A DNA stretch of 64,000 bases. It comes from an uncultured Bacteroidales bacterium. Its GTDB lineage: Bacteria > Bacteroidota > Bacteroidia > Bacteroidales > UBA10428. The position numbers and the translations under genes are program-made. The notes under the pieces are model-generated. The model was not told the DNA's origin. It worked only from the letters and a program-made list of their open reading frames with translations, and searched no databases. How positions within the stretch are numbered: the first letter of the stretch is position 1; each line of letters begins with the position of its first letter. The stretch is from assembly GCA_964521285.1 (NCBI GenBank), contig CAZFQS010000003.1, positions 9,749 through 73,748 of the forward strand. The letters are read 5' to 3'. Shown in pieces: positions 9,593-18,200 of the stretch.

Positions 9593-9771
9593 TGTATACA
9601 GCAGGTAACATTCTATATTTTACTCCATTCTACTTTCCTGATGGTGGTTCTGCAGCTAAAAACAAGTATTTTATTATACTTAAGATTGATAATGACACAG
9701 GAATAATAGCAAGTTTACCAACAACAAAAGATCATATTCCTGATTTTATTGAAAAAAACATGGCTGCATAA
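9592..9771 (+). CDS. unannotated 59-aa ORF, candidate truncated toxin partner of PanA (weak MazF/PemK-like N-terminal pattern)
   Basis: Own translation: MYTAGNILYFTPFYFPDGGSAAKNKYFIILKIDNDTGIIASLPTTKDHIPDFIEKNMAA. Its start overlaps the PanA stop (TAATG). Confidence 0.45.
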   Translation: MYTAGNILYFTPFYFPDGGSAAKNKYFIILKIDNDTGIIASLPTTKDHIPDFIEKNMAA

Positions 9772-9786
9772 ATGTCGATAGCATAA

Positions 9787-10554
9787 TCATGGTTTAAAAT
9801 AATAACCTTTACCATCGCAAACCAGACAATCAGGGATTTGTCCTTTACACATGCATTCAAATGCATTTTCGGGTAAATAGTTTTGATTTTTTTTCTTCTC
9901 ATTGATAAACAAATCTATACCCAGCCAATCATCCCAGCTTATCCATCCTTTTAATTTATAAGCAATGTTTGGGAATGCATAAATGTTCTCAGGCTTTTTA
10001 TATTTATTCAATAATCCTTTACAATAATTTATCCATTCGTTATATGATTTTAGCTTTAAATTCCTGATGAATTTTCTTGTGGTTTTGAAATTTTTAAAAG
10101 CAATTCCGGTTCCTAACCAGTCTTCCCATCCTTTCCAGCCTTTATTGCAATATTCAAGATCAGGTTTTACGGGTATAGTTAACCCATATTTTTCATTAAT
10201 AGAACTACCCTGCTTTATGTATTCCTGCCAGTTAGAAGTATTTTTTAATCTTAAACATCTTACAAAATCCCTTGACTCCCGGAATGATGAGTATTGTTTC
10301 CTGTACTTTTTATCCATAAGCCAGTCACTCCAGCCACGCCAGCCTGTGTGTCTGTATATTTCATCAGGATTGGGAGGAATATTCGCAGGCAGGGTATTAT
10401 TAAGCTTACCCTGTATAAACTTGTTCCATTCCTCTTTGTATTCTAAATTAAGCGTTCTTACAATTTTTCGTGCCTCCTCAAATGATAACCATTTACTCCT
10501 ATTTGGGGAATCCCACAAACCAGGTGATTTCACATTGGACTTTTCAGAACACAT
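9787..10554 (-). CDS. repeat protein: three ~60-aa units each ending GW(x)(G/S)W(x)DWL(G/M), plus a C-terminal CxC..CxxCxGxG zinc-finger-like tail
   Basis: Units end YRHTGWRGWSDWLM, YCNKGWKGWEDWLG and YKLKGWISWDDWLG. The tail is CMCKGQIPDCLVCDGKG. Reminiscent of 'integrase repeat-containing' annotations, but no recombinase domain is visible. Confidence 0.6.
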   Translation of the reverse strand: MCSEKSNVKSPGLWDSPNRSKWLSFEEARKIVRTLNLEYKEEWNKFIQGKLNNTLPANIPPNPDEIYRHTGWRGWSDWLMDKKYRKQYSSFRESRDFVRCLRLKNTSNWQEYIKQGSSINEKYGLTIPVKPDLEYCNKGWKGWEDWLGTGIAFKNFKTTRKFIRNLKLKSYNEWINYCKGLLNKYKKPENIYAFPNIAYKLKGWISWDDWLGIDLFINEKKKNQNYLPENAFECMCKGQIPDCLVCDGKGYYFKP

Positions 10555-10825
10555 TTGCTTATAATTTAAATTTTTTGCAAAGTATATTATAAATTAATGA
10601 AAGTCCATTTTTCAGAGTATAAAATTCAATTAACTTAATCATGTCAACAACCGGTATTCATATACTAATAATAACAGGTAAATCGGTTGTCGATACTATT
10701 TATTTTGTATTTTCAGGAGTGGTACACATTTGAATATCGAAGCTGGTATACTTTGCAATATATTTAAGATAATGATTATTATGTATTAATTTACTTAAGG
10801 TATTTAAACTAAATTCTGTTATGAT

Positions 10826-11188
10826 TTAAATAGAAGAAAGAAAATTTTTAAGGTCGTTTTTATTAGTAAACGAAGTAATGGCTACATGATCGTAATCATT
10901 GCAGTTAAACCTGTCTGCCGACAGGCAAGATTCCTGTGAATGTTGAACTGCTTTAAGCATTGAACTGACATTTTTATTTATATGCTTAAATTGCCATTTA
11001 ATGTCAGCTGTTTTCAGATATTTTAAGAACTCATCGGCAAATGACCGGGATATAAAGGTGATATTGGTGAAGTCAAAAATATAACGTTCCTTAGCTTTCA
11101 GTTTAACATTTTTACTAAGCTTATTAATAGCCCTTCGGGTTGAAATATGCGAAGGGAAAAAGTCCTGTATGTATACTGTTTGCTTCAT
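10826..11188 (-). CDS. STAS-like DUF4325 domain protein
   Basis: 120 aa. FDFTNITFISRSFADEFLKYL matches the core of DUF4325. Confidence 0.6.
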   Translation of the reverse strand: MKQTVYIQDFFPSHISTRRAINKLSKNVKLKAKERYIFDFTNITFISRSFADEFLKYLKTADIKWQFKHINKNVSSMLKAVQHSQESCLSADRFNCNDYDHVAITSFTNKNDLKNFLSSI

Positions 11189-11247
11189 ACCATAAAAGTA
11201 TTAATTTTTATTTTTATAACAAAGATCATTCAATGTAGTTTGAATAA

Positions 11248-11376
11248 TTAAATCCTTTTGGTGTTATTTTTGGTATTCTTAAGGCAAGCATCGTGCCATT
11301 CCACACCTTCCACAATCCTTATTTCCTCATCCATAAGGCCGTAGAGCTGGTAGACTATTTGATCAATCTCAGAAAG
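11248..11376 (-). pseudogene. remnant C of a methyltransferase C-terminal tail (LSEIDQIVYQLYGLMDEEIRIVEG...), in frame directly after the DUF3800 stop codon
   Basis: Own translation of the minus strand. About 70 percent nt identity by eye to the genuine tail at 15294-15372. Confidence 0.7.
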
Positions 11377-12306
11377 TTAAAATACTAACCGTTGCTGGCC
11401 TGACTTTTGCTCAATATAATACAGGATTCTCCTGGAATAGAATTGATTTTTCAACCTTCTAATATCACCCAAGACTGTTTTTTCTAAAGGGAAAAAACTT
11501 ATCATAATACGGTTATAGTATTCAAATTGGCTGTTTTTATTCTTTGGATTGTCAATAATTCTTTTAAACAAGTCAACATACAGATCAGCTAATTCTTCTC
11601 GATATTTTGAGCTTCCACTTTTTTTGATACCATGAATAATGCTTGTGCTTACACCCAATAAAACATCACATAATTGAATTAAATTTGAACACCTATCTTT
11701 TTTATGATCTTTAGGTAGAAAGGTAATTTTGTTGCAATTGAATAGAATGGTTTTATCTTTTTCCAGTTTATAGAAAATATGCCGGGAAAAATAGAGATGG
11801 TTTTGCTGCTGACCTTCCTCATGAAATATGTTTTCGACAATAATCTTTCTCCCACCGAAAAATGTTTTTAAAGCATATAAAAGAGTGCTTCTAAAGAATC
11901 GATTATATTTACTATTGAATTCGTCGTCTGTATTGAATTCTTCTCTAATCAGATAAGAATCATTTAACCCAAGTATATAGGAATAAAATTTCCTTCTGCT
12001 TTTATTGGGATTAAGGATATACTCAAACCATCGTTTACAAATATTTTTTGTATCAGCGATTCTTATTTCGCACCAATGCACTATTTTATTGTTCTTTTCA
12101 TAATAATTGGAATTTTTGTTAAAGTTGCCTATAAATCTTTCGTATATAATGTCATCAAGCAAAGGATGGTCTATATCTTCGACAACTATCCCGATATAAT
12201 TCCATACATTGTTAGTGTAAGGACAGAGCTTCCCCTGAACTTCATCTGCATAGATATTGATACGAATTGGGTCCTGATGATACTCGTTCCCAAATAAATC
12301 CCTCAT
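11377..12306 (-). CDS. DUF3800-like protein
   Basis: 309 aa. N-terminal INIYADEV and distal ITFLPKDHKKDRCSNLIQLCDVLLGV resemble the DUF3800 DE...QxxD pattern. Assignment is by eye only. Confidence 0.5.
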   Translation of the reverse strand: MRDLFGNEYHQDPIRINIYADEVQGKLCPYTNNVWNYIGIVVEDIDHPLLDDIIYERFIGNFNKNSNYYEKNNKIVHWCEIRIADTKNICKRWFEYILNPNKSRRKFYSYILGLNDSYLIREEFNTDDEFNSKYNRFFRSTLLYALKTFFGGRKIIVENIFHEEGQQQNHLYFSRHIFYKLEKDKTILFNCNKITFLPKDHKKDRCSNLIQLCDVLLGVSTSIIHGIKKSGSSKYREELADLYVDLFKRIIDNPKNKNSQFEYYNRIMISFFPLEKTVLGDIRRLKNQFYSRRILYYIEQKSGQQRLVF

Positions 12307-12311
12307 TATTA

Positions 12312-12383
12312 TTAACTCTTAACGATTTTAATTTCTTCCTCAGTCAGGCCTTTAAGTTGATAGACCATCTGGTCAATCTCCCG
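12312..12383 (-). pseudogene. remnant B of a methyltransferase C-terminal tail (REIDQMVYQLKGLTEEEIKIVKS*)
   Basis: 23 codons preceded by an in-frame TAG. 50 of 57 nt are identical to the genuine tail. Its stop lies 5 nt before the DUF3800 ATG. Confidence 0.8.
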
Positions 12384-12405
12384 CTAAAGCTTGTTTTTTC
12401 AAAAA

Positions 12406-15297
12406 TTATCTAATGTTATATTTATTTTTTCTTTGTTCGAATGCGACCCTTCCTCCATCCAAGATTTCACAAGCGTGTTCACACACGCCTTGAGATTTGA
12501 GTGTATCTTTACATTTTTCGTCTTTTGTTTTTGTATATTCAAGACTACCAGTAAGATAATTGAATTGTCTCCCATCTATATTTTCTCTATCAGTTCCATG
12601 CCTATTCGCAATAATTACCTGCTCAGAATCTGATCCAATTGCTAGATTTGCATTGTGACTTACCATAATAATCTGTCGTTCTTTTTTCTTTTTTTTCAAA
12701 AATGGAACAATATCATCGTAAATTGACCTGCTATCCAAATCGTCTTCCGGCTGATCAATCAACAACGGCCAAATATCTTCGGATTCTGCAAGTATTAACC
12801 TTAGTAGGAACAACGCTCGTTTCCCCGGTGTCATTGTTGGTTCAGAAAATCCACCAATTTTATCTCCTTCCATTTCGGCATTAAAGAGAATTTTTTCGTT
12901 CAGTGTTAAAACATCTCGAGCAACCTGTATTTTTTCATTCCCCTTAATTATTTTTTGCTCACCTGAATACAGAGCAGATAAAAAATCACCTGGGGTTTCT
13001 CTGATCTTACCGATAATCAATGTGCCACTATCAATGAAATTAGATTTTCCCTTGATGTATATTTTTTGCGTGACTTCCTCAAGGTTTTCATCAAACCCAT
13101 ATTCCATTCCAAATTTAATACCCTCAATAGCGCTCTGATCTGCGCTATCTATATTTGTTCCCAATTCTTTTATAAGAGTATTTCTTTTATCCATACAAGA
13201 TTTGATGACTTCCTCACATTTTTCTAACTTAACTTCCAAATTTTTCTTTTCGATCGCCGTCTCATTGATTTTTTTAATTTTTTCTTCATGCTGGTTTAAT
13301 CTTTGAACATGCACCTCCAGTTCAACATTTTTCTGATATTTCTCGATAAGATGTTTATTTTTCCCCTTAATTTCTGAGGTAGTTTTCTCCAAATCCGACT
13401 TCTCTTTTTCGATCATTCTTTTATAATATAGAATCTTCTTATTGACATCTTTCAGAATCCCATCCTCTTTTTCCTTCAAGAACATACTAATTGCATCTTG
13501 GAGACCCTTCGGTAAACTTGCCAACGCTGGAGAAAGAGTAATCTTTAATTCATTAAAAAAATGCTGTTCTTCAGAAACATTAGAAATTTGTGAGATTTCC
13601 ATATTTATTACATCTATTCTACCCGCATGTTTTAATAGATCAGCATTAATTTCTTGATACTGCTTTAATTCTTCATTGCTCAACTGATTTTTCTCTTTCA
13701 AATTTTTTATTTTTAATTCAATCTCTTCTTTCACTTTTTCAATGGCTTCCTTATTTCCCAGATTCTTAAGTTGCTCGTTAAGTAATTTGATAGATTCAGA
13801 AAAATCAAACCAATTATCAATTTGACCCGAGATTTGCTGATTATATAAACCTATATTTTTTTCTGCTTGTTCGTACTTAATTTTAAAATCAGGGAGAACT
13901 TTAAACAAAACGGGTTTGATTTTTTCTTTGATTTCATTTGAATTTTTACTTTCCTTAAATAAGTGATTCTGGGGGATGTAAACAATTTTCCCTGGGCTTT
14001 CATCATTTGATTTGCCATTACCCCACTCAATTGAATGTTCAATATTTATTTTCTTCCAGTGATAATCTTCTCCTTCTCCCGGACCTTCAACCAATTCTTC
14101 GGCCAGTTCTTCATCGACAGAATGTGCTACATAAGCAAGTAGCGCTGATTTGCCTGAAGACCGGCTCCCTATAATTGAACAAAAGTTTTTATTAAACTCG
14201 ATTTCTTCAGGAAAATCATTTGTATTGGTAAATCGAATCTTTGATATAATTTTGTATCCATCTTTTTGATCAGGCTCAACCGGGTTTATTTTAACACGTT
14301 CACCAGGTTCAGGCTCATAGATAATTTGCTTTAATCCTTTAAAAGTTGGGTCGGCTTTGATCCATGTATAATCATTAGTTTTTCCACTTGATGGATGAAA
14401 CAGATTTTCTTCAGTATGCGCATCTGAACCCCAAATGCACGGCTTATAATTCCTAAAACGATTAAAGATTTCATCTTTTGGTGTATCTTCTTTTTGGCCC
14501 AACAAGAATTGGATATCATTATCATCGTTAGAAAAGCACACATCAGATAAATTCAATAGATTCTGTCTTATGTTTCCAGCTCGGGACAAATCCTTTTGCT
14601 TGCCCTGCCAATTAAAAGCAGATAGACCACCCGCACCTTTGTTCGCAATGATTATCAAATATTTATCATCATTGATCCCGGATTTCTTCAAGATCTTTTT
14701 AAATTTCTCAATACCATCATCGAAAATAGAACTAGAGAAAGTAATTACTTTTAGTGCTTTATTGATTAGAGTGTTCTTCTTTTCATCATTAATAGAACAT
14801 AAATCTAAATTTGCATCATAATGTCCGTTATTTTCTTCAGCGTTCCCAATTCTTATTAAATCATCGGCTTTGCAGTTTAAATCAAAAGACTGGTATTTGA
14901 TCGTTAATTTTTCCAGAAATGAATTTCGAATTGTTGAAGGTAGGATATCAGGAGAAAAAACCACATGAATATTTACAGATTCATTATCACTTGTAAAATT
15001 TTCCAATCGCAATTCGACTACAGGAAAGAGATAAAGCAATATGTCATTGCTTAGTTTTATGCAAGGTCTTATCTTTCTCGAGTCTTTTTCACATTCTCCC
15101 AATAGTCTTTCATAACCATCAACGGAAAAATAGTCGTTGATCCCTACCACCTCTACGTCATGTGCAACAGCTTTTTCTTTAAGCTTTTCAATATATGTAT
15201 CCCAGCCATCAAAGTCATTTTCATAAGAAACAGGCGTATGCACATGCAAATCCCATTTCCGCCATTCAGAACCTTTTTTAAATTTTGTATTATTCAT
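12406..15297 (-). CDS. PHP-domain phosphoesterase fused to an ABC/SMC-type coiled-coil ATPase (Ppl-like architecture)
   Basis: WDLHVHTP..GINDY..GSDAH (PHP metal ligands). Walker A GSRSSGKS. A ~350-aa Lys/Glu-rich coiled-coil region. Walker B/D-loop LLIDQPEDDLD, followed by IIMVSHNANL. The start overlaps the MTase stop (ATGA). Confidence 0.75.
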   Translation of the reverse strand: MNNTKFKKGSEWRKWDLHVHTPVSYENDFDGWDTYIEKLKEKAVAHDVEVVGINDYFSVDGYERLLGECEKDSRKIRPCIKLSNDILLYLFPVVELRLENFTSDNESVNIHVVFSPDILPSTIRNSFLEKLTIKYQSFDLNCKADDLIRIGNAEENNGHYDANLDLCSINDEKKNTLINKALKVITFSSSIFDDGIEKFKKILKKSGINDDKYLIIIANKGAGGLSAFNWQGKQKDLSRAGNIRQNLLNLSDVCFSNDDNDIQFLLGQKEDTPKDEIFNRFRNYKPCIWGSDAHTEENLFHPSSGKTNDYTWIKADPTFKGLKQIIYEPEPGERVKINPVEPDQKDGYKIISKIRFTNTNDFPEEIEFNKNFCSIIGSRSSGKSALLAYVAHSVDEELAEELVEGPGEGEDYHWKKINIEHSIEWGNGKSNDESPGKIVYIPQNHLFKESKNSNEIKEKIKPVLFKVLPDFKIKYEQAEKNIGLYNQQISGQIDNWFDFSESIKLLNEQLKNLGNKEAIEKVKEEIELKIKNLKEKNQLSNEELKQYQEINADLLKHAGRIDVINMEISQISNVSEEQHFFNELKITLSPALASLPKGLQDAISMFLKEKEDGILKDVNKKILYYKRMIEKEKSDLEKTTSEIKGKNKHLIEKYQKNVELEVHVQRLNQHEEKIKKINETAIEKKNLEVKLEKCEEVIKSCMDKRNTLIKELGTNIDSADQSAIEGIKFGMEYGFDENLEEVTQKIYIKGKSNFIDSGTLIIGKIRETPGDFLSALYSGEQKIIKGNEKIQVARDVLTLNEKILFNAEMEGDKIGGFSEPTMTPGKRALFLLRLILAESEDIWPLLIDQPEDDLDSRSIYDDIVPFLKKKKKERQIIMVSHNANLAIGSDSEQVIIANRHGTDRENIDGRQFNYLTGSLEYTKTKDEKCKDTLKSQGVCEHACEILDGGRVAFEQRKNKYNIR

Positions 15298-18200
15298 AAT
15301 GAATTCTCTATAATTTTAATTTCTTCCTCCGTCAGGCCGTATAGCTGATAGACAAGCTGGTCAATCTCCCTCTCCAATCCTCTCGTATCCGCATGCGGAT
15401 TCGCTCGCTTCGTTACAAAGATGCGGTCTACAAGTTCAAGGATTGGCTTTTGTTTTTCATCAGTTGCTTGAACTATGGGAAATTCTTTCACATAGTTGTT
15501 AATCCAGCGGTTTACTCCCATACCGCTTGTTTCAGCAATAAGTCCTAAGTAAAAATAAATCAATCTAGAATTAAGTATGCCAAGCAAATATTTAACGTCA
15601 ATTGCAGACGGGGGTAGTAAAAAATATGCTGAGTTCAATAAATACATTTCGTCTACACATAAAGCAAAACGTCCATTGTCAGTTAATTCTATCCATACAA
15701 TTTTATGTTTCTTAAAATCATCAAAGAATGCGACTGCTCTTAAGTTTGTCCAATGTTGACCTTGAGCACCGCGTTTTTTGAATGATTGTCCAAATCCGTC
15801 GAGATATTGATATATGTCAGGATAATCCTTCTTAACATTCACTCCATTCTTTGTGAGCAAAATATATAAATTAGGAAATTCATACCTATAACGAAAAATG
15901 TCTCGCCCTCGTAAAATCGGCTTAATTATTTCAGCGTTTTTGTGGTTTAGTATAATAAATTCTTTTCTTTTGTTTTCATCGATAATAAAAGCATCGTTTT
16001 TGCCCGTTGCTAAACCAAGCCGAATTTTTGCCCCAAGTTGCTCAAGAGTTTTTCCAGCCTTCTTAATTTTCTTTTGTATTAATACTTTTTCTGTCTCAAT
16101 TAGACTCCATGATTTTAATTCAAATATTTCTTGAGTGTAATAAAAACCCCTTGCTGTTACATATCCTGCAAAATTCTGAATGTCACCAGAGAAGGGTTTA
16201 TTAAAAACAAAACACTTTCTGCCAATTTTGTCTTTTGTTGAAATAAGGATTGCAACGTTTACAATCGCATCTTCAAAAATCTGGGCATCCTCAAGATTTA
16301 TAATACCAAGAAGTTCATTTTCATTTCTTAGTAATTTTCTGAGCGGTGATCCATATTCGGCTCGCAAGTATGAATTTGATGTAATAAAAGTCGAAATACC
16401 TTTTTTGCTTTGTAGGTTAACTTCTTTCTCAATAAAGTAACAATAAATATCCGCAAATGGTTCGTAAGAGCGGTATTTTTCTTTCAGCAAATTTTTACCA
16501 ATTGAAATTTTGTCGTGGCTAATATAAGGTGGATTAGCAATCACCACATCAAACCCTCCCTTCCTATGAAACACCTCCGAAAAATACACCTCAAAATCAA
16601 ATTCCTTATGCCCATTGGTAATCTTACAGATCAGCTCATCAATCTGCTTTTTGTATTCCTGCTTTTTGGTCGGATTGGTTTCGTTGAAATATAGCGGTTT
16701 TAAGTTTTCCAGTTCTGTGAAAAGCTGGTTGTTGAACAGATTTTTCTCAACGCCCAGCAGGGAATTTCCGCAAACAATTTTATAATCGAGGTTGGGCAGG
16801 GGCTTGATGTTTCTAATGTCCTCCTCATCCACCATCAGCGATAGCCATAACCGCAGTTTTGCAATTTCCACTGCGCCGGGGTCAATGTCCACACCGTAGA
16901 GGGAATACTCTATGCACTGGCGTTTGAAATCGTAGTGCTTTCTTTTTTCTTTATTGGTAATGAAAGTGGTTAACACCGTTCTTGCCTTAACAATTTCGTT
17001 CATCATGCCCAAGGGGAAGGCACCGGAACCAACTGCCGGGTCGCAGACTGTAATCTCCGCAAGTTTTTGATCAATGAGTCCTGGATTTTTATGTATACTT
17101 TCAGGAAGCATTAATTCATAAACAGATGTTTTTTGTTTCCCTTCGTTTATTTTTTGTTTCTTGATCAATGCTATCTCTTCATTCTCACTGATATGCTCAC
17201 CCATATGAATCAGCATTTCAATATCTTCTTTTAAAATTCCTGTACCAGTATTGTGTTCAATCGTCAGATCCAACTGTCCTTTTTTTATTTTATTACCGAA
17301 CATATCTAAATTATTATCACCAAATTTTTCATAACTTACCTTATCATTATTCAGTTCATTAAACAGATAATTTATTAAACTCTGCTGGCACATGTAATGC
17401 ACGATTTCGCGTGGAGTGTAATACACACCGTACTGCTTGTTAAATTTGGTTTCTTCGCCTTTTTTTCCGCTCTTTAAGGCTTTTTTGTACTCCTCAAAGT
17501 TGTCGGGACGGATGGCGTTGAATTTTTCATAAGCCTTACCCAGCAGTTCAGGATCAATGGCGACTTCTTTTTCAAGCGGCTCGTCTTCTTTCACTGTAAA
17601 ATTGTAGCCGTCAAAAATGTCGAAAATACCATCGCCAATATCACCTTCACTCGTCTTTCTTTTATTTGAAAACAGATCGTCCGGTAAACATATGTCAGTA
17701 TGAACCCAGTTGTAATTGCTAATGGGTTCAAACAGCCCACCATTTAAGAATGGGATCTTACATTTAAAATGATCGTTCCAATGATCAATATCTGACCGGT
17801 CTCTTGACAGTGCATCATAAAAGAGCGGCTCTAAAATGTCGTTGAAGAAATTCCTGTAATCACCATGTTTTTTCTCAAACAGCTCTCTTAAAAATTGTTT
17901 GGAACCTGTTCCCCATTCAGCATCTCTTGCCACACCAAACCAGCCCTTTTTCTGGAGAAAATAAAGAAAAACAATCTGTCCCAGCAGTTTCTTTGCAAAG
18001 GCAACAGTATTTATGCCTTTAGTTTCAAAATCGGCATGGATTTTAGTATCGTTTTTAATTACTTTATCCAGCGCTTCTTTGGTGCGTATAAACAGCTCAC
18101 GGTATTTGATAAAAAATTCTCTTGTAACTGTTTCAATATTGAAGGCTTCTTCCAGCACTGTAAGGGTCGGATTGTGTTCATCGTCTGCCAGAATTTTAAC

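Noticed and set aside
10067-10564. 165-aa plus-strand ORF antisense to the GW-repeat protein gene
   Set aside because: It is a shadow ORF. The minus-strand product has an internally consistent triple repeat and a zinc-finger motif. The plus-strand product has no features.
10640-10700. Imperfect inverted repeat TCAACAACCGGT..ATCGGTTGTCGA and a 30-codon ORF in the 10555-10825 intergenic region
   Set aside because: Only 10 of 12 arm matches, with a ~31-nt loop and no T-tract. The small ORF has no support. It is noted as a possible regulatory hairpin only.
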